Shown one piece after another: positions 10,352 to 18,742 of a stretch of 32,000 nucleotides of DNA (positions within the stretch are counted from its first letter, which is position 1; each line of letters opens with the position of its first letter). The position numbers and the translations under genes are program-made. The notes below the pieces were generated by a model. The model saw nothing but the letters and a program-made list of their open reading frames with translations. It was not told where the DNA came from and did no database searches. Location: NCBI GenBank assembly GCA_964551375.1, contig CAZKBG010000001.1, positions 807,329-839,328 of the forward strand, given 5' to 3'. The DNA is from an uncultured archaeon. Its GTDB lineage: Archaea; Iainarchaeota; Iainarchaeia; Iainarchaeales; JAAZKV01.

Positions 10352-11146
10352 TTAAGGCAATTTCATCTTAAAATATCCTGCGAGAATCAGAATTACTGCA
10401 AGCGCCATTAATAAAATCAAAAAACCTTTGCTTTCAAAAAAAGAAACGCTTTTTTTCACAATCCCTTTTGAGTTTTTAGCGTCTTTAGAGCCTGAAGAAA
10501 CCGATGCAGCGCCCATCATTATTGCTTCTTTTGAATATTTCAGCCAATTTGAAGGCGTCTTAAGCTCATTAATTGTTTCTCTTGTTACTTCAAGATAGCC
10601 CTTCTCTCTATTTGGCACACCGCTAATACCCTCAATCTTTCCATCAATGGCATTAATTGTAAGCGCGTACTCTTTTCTTCCCGCAATAACAGTTGTCATG
10701 TAAAGAGGGAGAAGAAATTTCTTCGCGCTTGAAACAACAACATTGCTTTTTGGAACATTAAAATACTCCGCGGTTTTTAATTGCAAAATCTCATCCTGTT
10801 CGCGCTTTTCGATATTGCACCACTTTTCATCATACTCGCCTTTAGGAATATCCGAGTGCGATTTTTTCCAGCTGTGCTTAATCAGTTCGACATAATCTTC
10901 CCTCACAACAATTTTGTGCCCATTCACAGCCAAAATTCCGTGGATAGTTTTTTTCACAGTCCGCTTTGAATCAATAGCGTCTTCGACATAGTAGTGATAA
11001 TTAAATAAAAAATAAGGCACTAAGAAGAGCTTCAAAGGCTTGAGCTCATATTCGTGCCAATTTCGTTTTTCAAGTTCTTTCTTAATTAAATCCGTCGCGC
11101 CAGAGGCGGTGATGTTGATAGGCAATAGCGGATTGCCCAAGTACAA
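10352..11146 (-). CDS. Hypothetical protein with C-terminal transmembrane segment, in operon with sepF
   Basis: 264 aa ORF, TTG start 5 nt after the SepF stop codon; C-terminal hydrophobic helix GFLILLMALAVILILAGYF. Confidence 0.75.
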   Translation of the reverse strand: MYLGNPLLPINITASGATDLIKKELEKRNWHEYELKPLKLFLVPYFLFNYHYYVEDAIDSKRTVKKTIHGILAVNGHKIVVREDYVELIKHSWKKSHSDIPKGEYDEKWCNIEKREQDEILQLKTAEYFNVPKSNVVVSSAKKFLLPLYMTTVIAGRKEYALTINAIDGKIEGISGVPNREKGYLEVTRETINELKTPSNWLKYSKEAIMMGAASVSSGSKDAKNSKGIVKKSVSFFESKGFLILLMALAVILILAGYFKMKLP

Positions 11147-11151
11147 CTAAC

Positions 11152-11508
11152 TCACTGTCCCTTTTTCTTTATGATTTTAACTTTTGATGGAGTAACTAAA
11201 ACTCTATCTGCGCTAATTCCAGCCATGTCTCCGTCAATAGCTCTAACTTCGTTTTTAATTCTTCCAAGAAGCTCTTTTAATTTTGCTTTGTTTCTCTTAG
11301 TCATATCAGCGATGTTAACAAGAGCAATATTTCCCTGTTTAACTTCTCTAATAATAGCTTCAGCATCAGGATCAGAATTCAAATCCATTGGCTTAACAAG
11401 AGCGTCAGCATTTTCGTAGCTTTCTTCCTGCACTGCGTCCAAGTTGTTCAAAAAGTCTTCTAAATCAACTGAACCTTCTTTTGTCATTACTTTGTTAAAA
11501 AAACCCAA
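11152..11508 (-). CDS. sepF: SepF-like cell division protein (archaeal SepF / DUF552)
   Basis: 'PMDLNSDPDAEAIIREVKQGNIALVNIADMTKRNKAKLKELLGRIKNEVRAIDGDMAGISADRVLVTPSKVKI' matches the DUF552 pattern. Proposed TTG start gives MGFFNKVMTKEG, an amphipathic N-terminus typical of the SepF membrane-targeting region, preceded by GGTGG. The longer 152 aa track ORF is probably over-extended. Confidence 0.8.
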   Translation of the reverse strand: MGFFNKVMTKEGSVDLEDFLNNLDAVQEESYENADALVKPMDLNSDPDAEAIIREVKQGNIALVNIADMTKRNKAKLKELLGRIKNEVRAIDGDMAGISADRVLVTPSKVKIIKKKGQ

Positions 11509-11734
11509 ACTAACCACCCCGCGTAAAAGCGCGTATATTACCTTTTCTTGAGTAAAACATTTAAAAGCCCTATGTTTAGCTCGTAAAAGTAAGTAAATTA
11601 ATCTTTTCAAAATTTTTTTGATTTTGTTTAACCGCAGGCAAGTTTTTAGCCAAAGTATAGAATCCGAACAGGGAACTAATTAATGCAAGGTAAGGGGTGT
11701 ATTAGTGGAAGAGAGTGCTGGGAAGTGAGACAGC

Positions 11735-11747
11735 CAGTATTTTTATA
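11735..11747 (+). promoter_or_regulatory. Putative TATA-like element upstream of orc1/cdc6
   Basis: AT-rich 'cagtatttttataac' about 45-55 nt upstream of the ATG at 11791. Confidence 0.35.
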
Positions 11748-11790
11748 ACTTTTGACTCACAAAATCAATTGGTTAGGGGACGGGGAAAAA

Positions 11791-13002
11791 ATGGATAATA
11801 TTTTTGAAAAACAAATGTCAAAGAACACAGTTTTTCAAAGCAAAGATATAATCTCTCCTCACTACGTTCCTGACAAACTTCCTTTTAGAGAAAAACAAAT
11901 TGAAGAAATCACACAAGGATTATCCGCTGTAATAAATAATTCAAAACCAAATAATCTTTTTGTTTACGGAAAAACAGGAACGGGAAAAACAAGCACAGTA
12001 AAACATGTTCTTGAGCAGCTTGACACATTTGCAAAGAAAAAAGAAATGAGCGCATCCTCCTGCTATGTTAATTGCAGAAGCCACTCATCAAAATACAAAG
12101 TTCTGCTAAAAGCGCTTCGCTCATTCTATCCTGAAAAAGATTTTTTAGGATACAGCGCATCATTTGTTTATGAAAAACTGCTTGAATACGCAAGCCAGAA
12201 AAAAGCTCACTTAATTTTAGTGCTTGACGAGATTGACAAAGTAAAAGATATTGATGATTTAGTGTACTCGCTAAGCAGAGGAAATGACGAGCTTGAAGGC
12301 GGCTCAATTACAATGATAGGAATTTCAAACAACTTAATGTTTAAAGAAAAACTTGACCCAAGAACAAAAAGCTCTCTATGTGAAAGGGAATTAGTATTTA
12401 ATCCATACAACGCAACTGAACTCCGCGAAATACTAACTGAAAGATGCTCAATTTCATTCAAACAAAACGCGGTTGCAGAACCAGCAATACTGCTTGCAAG
12501 CGCAATTGCTGCGCAGGAAAGCGGAGACGCAAGAACCGCAGTAATGCTTATGCAAAGAGCAGGAGAAATAGCGGATGTAGAGCAGGTGATGGTAGTAACT
12601 GATACTCATGTTCAAAAAGCAAAAGCAAGCGTGGAAGAAGAAATAATTATTTCAATGATATCAACACTTCCCCAGCAGCAGCAAATGGTGCTTTATGCAA
12701 TCGCGCAGCTCACCACCCAAAGAAAAGGAATAAAAAAAGTGAACGGAGAAGTGGAAGAAGGAGTGCTTTATTCAGGCGAAATATTTGAGACATACTCTGA
12801 TCTTGCAAAGAAATTTGAAGAACACACAATCACGAGCCGTTGGTATAGACAGTACATAAACGAACTTGAAATGTACGGGTTGATTTTAGTAACCGCAAGC
12901 GGAAAGGGGATCAAAGGACAAACAAGACTCATAAAACTCGGATTTGACGCAAACAAAATCAAAGCAGCGCTTGAGAAAGAACTTTTTAAAACAATGAATT
13001 AA
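11791..13002 (+). CDS. orc1/cdc6: Orc1/Cdc6 family replication initiator
   Basis: AAA+ motifs: Walker A 'YGKTGTGKTS', Walker B 'LILVLDEIDK', sensor-type 'MIGISNN', C-terminal winged-helix region. ATG at 11791 preferred over the more upstream start at 11752. Confidence 0.93.
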   Translation: MDNIFEKQMSKNTVFQSKDIISPHYVPDKLPFREKQIEEITQGLSAVINNSKPNNLFVYGKTGTGKTSTVKHVLEQLDTFAKKKEMSASSCYVNCRSHSSKYKVLLKALRSFYPEKDFLGYSASFVYEKLLEYASQKKAHLILVLDEIDKVKDIDDLVYSLSRGNDELEGGSITMIGISNNLMFKEKLDPRTKSSLCERELVFNPYNATELREILTERCSISFKQNAVAEPAILLASAIAAQESGDARTAVMLMQRAGEIADVEQVMVVTDTHVQKAKASVEEEIIISMISTLPQQQQMVLYAIAQLTTQRKGIKKVNGEVEEGVLYSGEIFETYSDLAKKFEEHTITSRWYRQYINELEMYGLILVTASGKGIKGQTRLIKLGFDANKIKAALEKELFKTMN

Positions 13003-13069
13003 TACGACTTAGCTATTTTTTTTAAGTTGTTTTAGGAAGTATTTTATTTGAATAAAGCGTGATAGTACT

Positions 13070-14866
13070 ATGCAAAGCTTGAGAAAAAAATCAACTGCCC
13101 AAGGAACAATAGAATACTTAGTAATTATGGCAATAGTAATAGTAATTGCGCTTGTGCTTGTGGGAATATTAAGCGGATTTTTTGGAGGAAGCGGAGAATC
13201 AACTGGGTTTAATGCGGTTGATGTCGGAAACAAAACTAACTCAGGAGTGGCAATACTTGAAACAGTAGCTGATTCAGAAGGAGATTCGCTTGTAAGACTC
13301 ACTAATAATTCAGGGGACACAATTACAATAAACAAAGTGACTACCACAGGCGGAGAAAACAGCTTTAATGAAACACTTCCCGCAAACACTGAAAGAACAT
13401 TTTCTTTAAACGACTTTGATTTAAGCTGCCCATGCGACGGACAAAGTGTCAAAAAAATCTGTGAGTTTACAATTCAATACACTAACCAATACGGGCTTGA
13501 AAAAAGCCAAAATGTGCGAGCAGTAGTTGACTGCGTTAATGACGCCCGCGCAGGAGGAAATACTCCTGTTGCTGGACTTGGAAGCGGAACTCTATCTGAT
13601 CCTTGGATAATAAATTCCTGTGCTGAACTTCAAGACATGAATAACCATTTAGACGGCAACTATGCGCTTGGCGGTAATATTAACTGCGCAGATTCGCTTA
13701 CATGGAACAATGGAGCAGGATTCAGTCCAATAGGATTTACAACAACAAACGGAGCAGGATGTCCGCCAGATTCAGCGCCATTTTGGGACTTATGCCTAAC
13801 TCCTGACACACAATACTTTAACGGAACACTTGACGGAAAAGGATTTACAATAAGCAATTTTTACATAAACCGCCTTGATGAAAATTTTGTAGGACTATTC
13901 AAAGTGCTTGGAGATACTGCGAGAATAACAAATCTAAATTTTACAGGAGCAAATGTAACAGGCGGAAGCGAAGTCGGAACAATTGCGGGAATGAATTACA
14001 GCGGGTATGCTGAAAGAGTAATTGTAAACGGAGATATTAACGGCGGAGCGTATGTCGGAGGATTATTCGGAAGCGCAGCAGTGAATTCAGACACAAACAA
14101 AAGCGCATCAATTTATCTCTCTGGAACAAGCGGAAAAGTCAACGGCGGGTATAGAGTCGGATGCCTTGTAGGAAACGGACACTCTTTCACAATTGATAAA
14201 TCATATTCAACCTGTGATGTAAACGCGGTTGTGGAAGCAGGAGGGCTAGTTGGAACAGTGTGGTATAATACAGTGATTACACGAAGCTATGCGACAGGAA
14301 ATGCAACTGCAGACCAAACATTAGCAGGAGGACTTGCCTCAGCATCAAATGGGACAATCAGAGACTGCTATGCGACAGGAAATGTAATAGCACTATCAGG
14401 AGCTGGCGGATTAATGGGCGGAGGAGGAGCACTAGTAATGAATAGTTATGCTACAGGCACAGTAACTTCACCACGCGCAACAGGAGGGCTAATTGGAGAT
14501 ACAATCGGGGCGATAGTAAATTCATTTGCAACAGGGCGTGTTACGGGAGATGCAAATGTTGGCGGAGTAGCAGGAGTAGTATGGGATGCATGGTGTCAAT
14601 ATGATGAAAATGTAAACTGGTCAACAACTAATACAACAATGCCAGACGCATATGGCGCATGGTATGCAAATCACGCGGGCGGATGCGGAATAAATAATTA
14701 CACACACGCGGTTGGGGTAAATAATCCTGACGGCAATTATGAATACTGGTATAATCCAACAAATACTCCTTTGCAATATTGGGGCGGATTTGGCTCGGAT
14801 AAGAACTGGAATATTTGCTCAGGGCAGGGCTTTCCTTGGCTGTCATGGGAAAACAGAACCTGCTGA
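13070..14866 (+). CDS. Class III signal peptide (archaeal type IV pilin-like) protein fused to a GLUG-type repeat domain
   Basis: N-terminus MQSLRKKSTAQGTIEYLVIMAIVIVIALVLVG matches class III signal peptide architecture (basic stretch, Q-x-x-x-EYL, hydrophobic helix). C-terminal part carries repeats such as 'AGGLVG...ITRSYATGNA', 'AGGLMG...VMNSYATGTV', 'TGGLIG...IVNSFATGRV'. Confidence 0.88.
   Translation: MQSLRKKSTAQGTIEYLVIMAIVIVIALVLVGILSGFFGGSGESTGFNAVDVGNKTNSGVAILETVADSEGDSLVRLTNNSGDTITINKVTTTGGENSFNETLPANTERTFSLNDFDLSCPCDGQSVKKICEFTIQYTNQYGLEKSQNVRAVVDCVNDARAGGNTPVAGLGSGTLSDPWIINSCAELQDMNNHLDGNYALGGNINCADSLTWNNGAGFSPIGFTTTNGAGCPPDSAPFWDLCLTPDTQYFNGTLDGKGFTISNFYINRLDENFVGLFKVLGDTARITNLNFTGANVTGGSEVGTIAGMNYSGYAERVIVNGDINGGAYVGGLFGSAAVNSDTNKSASIYLSGTSGKVNGGYRVGCLVGNGHSFTIDKSYSTCDVNAVVEAGGLVGTVWYNTVITRSYATGNATADQTLAGGLASASNGTIRDCYATGNVIALSGAGGLMGGGGALVMNSYATGTVTSPRATGGLIGDTIGAIVNSFATGRVTGDANVGGVAGVVWDAWCQYDENVNWSTTNTTMPDAYGAWYANHAGGCGINNYTHAVGVNNPDGNYEYWYNPTNTPLQYWGGFGSDKNWNICSGQGFPWLSWENRTC
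13880..14580 (+). repeat. GLUG-like tandem protein repeats within the pilin-like protein (approximate bounds)
   Basis: At least 4-5 degenerate GG(L/V)xG ... (N/R)S(Y/F)ATG(x)V units read directly from the translation. Confidence 0.8.
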
Positions 14867-14916
14867 AATATTTACCTTGCGAAAGCTAAAAGTATCAAAA
14901 AGCGGATTTAGTGTTT

Positions 14917-15186
14917 TCACTTTTTATAAATCTCTTTAAGCCAAATCTTTTTGAAAAGCGGAAGCGATAATGTTGACAAAACAAAACCTGCTGTGGGCAC
15001 AAGAGCGTTCACAAAAGGATTTGGCAAATTAGCCACAATAAAAAACAAGACAATTACAATGTAAGTCAAAATTGCAATAATTATTTTTCTTGTTTTGCTC
15101 ACTTCCCAAGCCTTGTCAATCTCCACGCGCGCGTTTCTTTCCTTAATTGCTTCAATTTCTTTTTTTGCGCTTCTTGATGCAGCCAT
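14917..15186 (-). CDS. Small membrane protein, 2 TM helices (89 aa)
   Basis: Hydrophobic segments IIIAILTYIVIVLFFIVANL and FVNALVPTAGFVLSTLSL, charged N-terminal region; starts 40 nt downstream of the DP2 stop. Confidence 0.65.
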   Translation of the reverse strand: MAASRSAKKEIEAIKERNARVEIDKAWEVSKTRKIIIAILTYIVIVLFFIVANLPNPFVNALVPTAGFVLSTLSLPLFKKIWLKEIYKK

Positions 15187-15226
15187 TAATTCACCTTAAG
15201 TATATGCAGTTTAGATAATTAAATAT

Positions 15227-18200
15227 TTATGCAAACTCAAACAAACTCTTCTGCTTCACAGTGTCGCTTTTGAAAACAGAATTAATTTCTTTCTCAATCA
15301 TATTAAGCCTCTGGATTAAATATGGGGAAAGGTTTTCCTGCCGAGCCATGTTCTGCGCAATTTTTAGATACTTTCTAACAGAGCCCTCATGAATTGTCAA
15401 AATAATTGTGCTTTTGCCGCACTTATAGCACTTGCCGCTTAATGGAATTCTTCTATATTTCTCCTGACAAGTGGTGCATCTAAAAGTCTGCCTTGAGAAT
15501 GCTCTTGCGTTTCCAATAATATCAGGAAGGAAGTGAGAACCCATAACCCTCTCAAGAGCATCCTTAGCATTAACCGCCATTATTTTCTTTTGAAGATTAT
15601 TCTGCCTTTGGATTTTCTCATCCATGGACTTAAGCTGAACATATCTTGACATTTTTGGACCCTCGTCAAACTGATTAGTGTCATGAGTGAAGCCAAGCCC
15701 CGAGTACTGCTTTGCTTTACCCAGCCTGTCTTTCACAGTCTCAATAGGCATATTGGGCTCGCAAACAGCCTGCGATTTTTCGTAAAGCTCAAGCGGAAAT
15801 TCCCAGCAGGTTTCCATCTTATGAACTTCATCATCAACTTCGCTTGGATTTATTATAATAGTAAAAACAAGCGGAGCATCCATTCTTCCCCCGCTCTTTG
15901 TTGAAAGATACTTGTGCGAGAAATTAATCAGCGCATCCATTAGAAGCATTACAGAATCCTGATCCCCGTCAACGTTTCTTCTCTTTGCGCAGACAAAGTA
16001 AGGGTGCCCGAATCCGAGTCTTGCCTTAGTATACCCAAGAACTCTTGCATTAACTGCTGCCGAAGTGTGAGGAGCAAGCCCGAGAACTAAATGTCCTATT
16101 AGATCCTCTTTTTTAGTTGCATTGTAAAATCTTGGAAGCTGATAGTATTTTTCAAGAAGCTCGTCAATGAACTGGCTGACATTAACAAGCCAGTCTCCGC
16201 AGGTTTCATTAACTACAACATCCTGCGGAAAAACTTCAATCAACTGGTCAATATTAGTAATTTCGTTTCCATAAATATCGGTTTTATACCCAAGCTCTAT
16301 TACTTTTTCCACAGTGAGATTTAATTCTCTTGGGCGAAAGTGAGTAAGAATTGCGTTTAACAATTCGAATCTTGAAGTTCCGTCACGGAAGATGTGCACA
16401 TTATGCTTTGCCCTAAGTATTCCTTTTTCAAGCGGCTCAATTTCCTTAGTGTCTGAAATCATTCCTTTAACTCCCTTAATCGGGTCAGGAAGAATATTTT
16501 CTTTTAAATTAAGTCTGGCTTTTTCCATGAATGCCCTAATATTAATTTCATGCTCACCAAAGTGAACAGTTTTATTTCCGCACACGCCGCACTGTTCGCC
16601 AGTAACTGATTTTTGGCAATTTTTACAGTAATTCAATCTCACTCCGTCAATTTTGCATGCAGGGCACACATGATGAAGCGAAATCTTTTTGCAGTCAGGG
16701 CAGACATATTCAGCCACTTCAACAGTAGCTTTTCCACTCTCGTTATAATTTTCATCAACAGCTTTATTTATGCTCCTGATATTTCCCCCCTTAAGTCCTA
16801 TAGGGAATAATACATGCGGATTTCCCTTCATCTCTCTTGGCTTTGCCTGTTCAGGCCTCCCCATTCTCCCTCCAATGAATGAGCCCGCTTTGTCTCTAAT
16901 AATTAATCCTGAAATTTCTGATAAATATTCAAGCACAGTTTCTTTTGAACTTTTCTTACTCTGCCCAACGGCAAAAGTTTGGCATACGCTCTCAACATTT
17001 TCATCAATAATAATCTGGGCTGCTTTTGTGGAATGAGGCATTCCAATTTTTTCCAAAAGTTTCTTATACTCGCTGTTGTGCGCAAGAACCAAAACCTTTT
17101 TGCCATTAATTTGCTCAATTTTTCCAGTTTCAATAAAATTGTGAAGCATTATAATTTCTTTTACGTTAAGCGCTTTGTAAAAATTAATATAATTAGGGTG
17201 GAGGGGCAATCCAAGTTCTTTTGAAAGAGAAAGCGCCAAGTTTTCGGGAACTTTTTGAAGCTCTGAAATTGAAGCTTTTAACAAATAGTCCCCGCCAAGA
17301 GCAGAAAGCTTTTCTTTCTTAGCAGGTTCTTCCACAGCTTTTCTAAGCTCAAGCTGCCACCACTCTTCGCAGTACCCTACGGGCACAAGAGGATGAGCGC
17401 TCTTTTTGAAATCTCCAAAAGTCGCAAGCAAATCCCCAAGATAAAGAATCTTATCCAAATTTGCTTTGACATTTTCAGCTTCAGCCACTGAATTAATTTT
17501 TCGCACACTCCCGTCTTTGAGAAGCACAACAGGGCCTTCAATTGTAGTACAAGGGAAAAACTGAGTGGCTTTTCCAGGCCTTTCAATTCTGCCGTGAGTT
17601 CCAACAGCAATAAATTCATCAAGCAAAATCATCGCGGCAGGGTTAATTGCTTTTGCCATTATTCCAGTAGTTCTTCCCCTTCCATATCTTAATCTAAAAC
17701 CGCCCCAGCTGCTTGGGTACGCTAAGATTGGTCTTCCAGCAGCAAGCCTGTCAAGGAAGGCTTTGTTTGGCTTAACTTCAATTTTAGTCTGGGTTTTTTC
17801 AACCTTTACAATTTTTTCCAAAAAATCCCAATTAAGCCCAAGGTCCTTTGCTGTTTTCATTACCCAAAGAGCTTTTAGCGCAAGTCCTTCAGAAACAACT
17901 AATCCCATTCCGCCCCTGATTCTATTTGTTGGAACTCTTGCAAGGTCCCTGTGCGCAGAAACTTCAACTTCTTCAGTCGGCACGCCGTTAATGCAAATAG
18001 GACAACCGTTAATTATTACTCTAATTTCATCATCGCTCATTGTGTACTGTCTTGAAATAACTTCAGTCTGATAAATTCCAATCTCTTCAACATATCTTTC
18101 AACTTCATCCTGAGTCGGCTTATATCTGTCAAGCTTTAAATAAGTCCTTGCAAAATCTCCAAGAATAAGAGGGATAACTGTTGAAGAGCCACCAGCAGCC

Positions 18201-18742
18201 CTAATCGGTCCAGCAAAATAAATGTCAATATATTTTGAGCCGTCCTGATTATTATTAATCTCAACTTTTGGAACGCCGTCAAGCGGAGCAACAACAACCC
18301 CTTCAGTTTCAATCAAAAGACAAGTCTTGATTCCAATCTCCACTCTCTTTTGGTCGTTTTCCATTTTCCACCATCTATCTTCAAGAATCTCGCGGAACAA
18401 CTGGAAGTATGCTTTTCTTCTGTCTTTTGTTTCAATAAATACTTCCCTAAATCTTTTAGCTAAGCCGGGAAGTCCAATGATTGTTTCCGCACGATCTGCC
18501 AAGTCCACTGCAGGAGTAACTTCAACATGCCTTGACAAGTCAAGCCCTTTTTCTTTTGCTTTCTCTGCTGCTTCAAAAGCAAGGAGAGATTTTTTTTGAA
18601 TAATTTTAAAATATTCTTTAATATGCGGCTCTGCTTCAAAAGGAATCTCCTGCGTAATCATTTCAGTCGGAGAAAGCTTCTTTGCCATTATTTGCTTTTT
18701 CTTTTGTTCTTCAGTAAAAGGAGTCTGGAATTTTTCAGCCAT
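15227..18742 (-). CDS. polC (DP2): DNA polymerase D (family D) large subunit DP2
   Basis: 'KRRNVDGDQDSVMLLMDALINFSHKYL' catalytic DGDxD motif; multiple CxxC zinc modules; 'GGTSRMGRPEQAKPRE'-type region seen as 'GSFIGGRMGRPEQAKPREM'; C-terminal PIP-like QKSLFEFA. Confidence 0.97.
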   Translation of the reverse strand: MAEKFQTPFTEEQKKKQIMAKKLSPTEMITQEIPFEAEPHIKEYFKIIQKKSLLAFEAAEKAKEKGLDLSRHVEVTPAVDLADRAETIIGLPGLAKRFREVFIETKDRRKAYFQLFREILEDRWWKMENDQKRVEIGIKTCLLIETEGVVVAPLDGVPKVEINNNQDGSKYIDIYFAGPIRAAGGSSTVIPLILGDFARTYLKLDRYKPTQDEVERYVEEIGIYQTEVISRQYTMSDDEIRVIINGCPICINGVPTEEVEVSAHRDLARVPTNRIRGGMGLVVSEGLALKALWVMKTAKDLGLNWDFLEKIVKVEKTQTKIEVKPNKAFLDRLAAGRPILAYPSSWGGFRLRYGRGRTTGIMAKAINPAAMILLDEFIAVGTHGRIERPGKATQFFPCTTIEGPVVLLKDGSVRKINSVAEAENVKANLDKILYLGDLLATFGDFKKSAHPLVPVGYCEEWWQLELRKAVEEPAKKEKLSALGGDYLLKASISELQKVPENLALSLSKELGLPLHPNYINFYKALNVKEIIMLHNFIETGKIEQINGKKVLVLAHNSEYKKLLEKIGMPHSTKAAQIIIDENVESVCQTFAVGQSKKSSKETVLEYLSEISGLIIRDKAGSFIGGRMGRPEQAKPREMKGNPHVLFPIGLKGGNIRSINKAVDENYNESGKATVEVAEYVCPDCKKISLHHVCPACKIDGVRLNYCKNCQKSVTGEQCGVCGNKTVHFGEHEINIRAFMEKARLNLKENILPDPIKGVKGMISDTKEIEPLEKGILRAKHNVHIFRDGTSRFELLNAILTHFRPRELNLTVEKVIELGYKTDIYGNEITNIDQLIEVFPQDVVVNETCGDWLVNVSQFIDELLEKYYQLPRFYNATKKEDLIGHLVLGLAPHTSAAVNARVLGYTKARLGFGHPYFVCAKRRNVDGDQDSVMLLMDALINFSHKYLSTKSGGRMDAPLVFTIIINPSEVDDEVHKMETCWEFPLELYEKSQAVCEPNMPIETVKDRLGKAKQYSGLGFTHDTNQFDEGPKMSRYVQLKSMDEKIQRQNNLQKKIMAVNAKDALERVMGSHFLPDIIGNARAFSRQTFRCTTCQEKYRRIPLSGKCYKCGKSTIILTIHEGSVRKYLKIAQNMARQENLSPYLIQRLNMIEKEINSVFKSDTVKQKSLFEFA

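Noticed and set aside
13009-13452. 147 aa minus ORF opposite the pilin-like gene N-terminus
   Set aside because: Ser/Pro/Val-rich antisense shadow of a gene with clear class III signal peptide and GLUG motifs.
13880-14580. GLUG region considered as a DNA-level tandem repeat
   Set aside because: Repeats are visible at the protein level only; nucleotide copies are diverged.
15227-18742. Possible intein in DP2, as found in some Pyrococcus PolD large subunits
   Set aside because: The catalytic region reads continuously (RRNVDGDQDSVMLL), total length 1171 aa fits an intein-free DP2, and no intein block motifs were seen.
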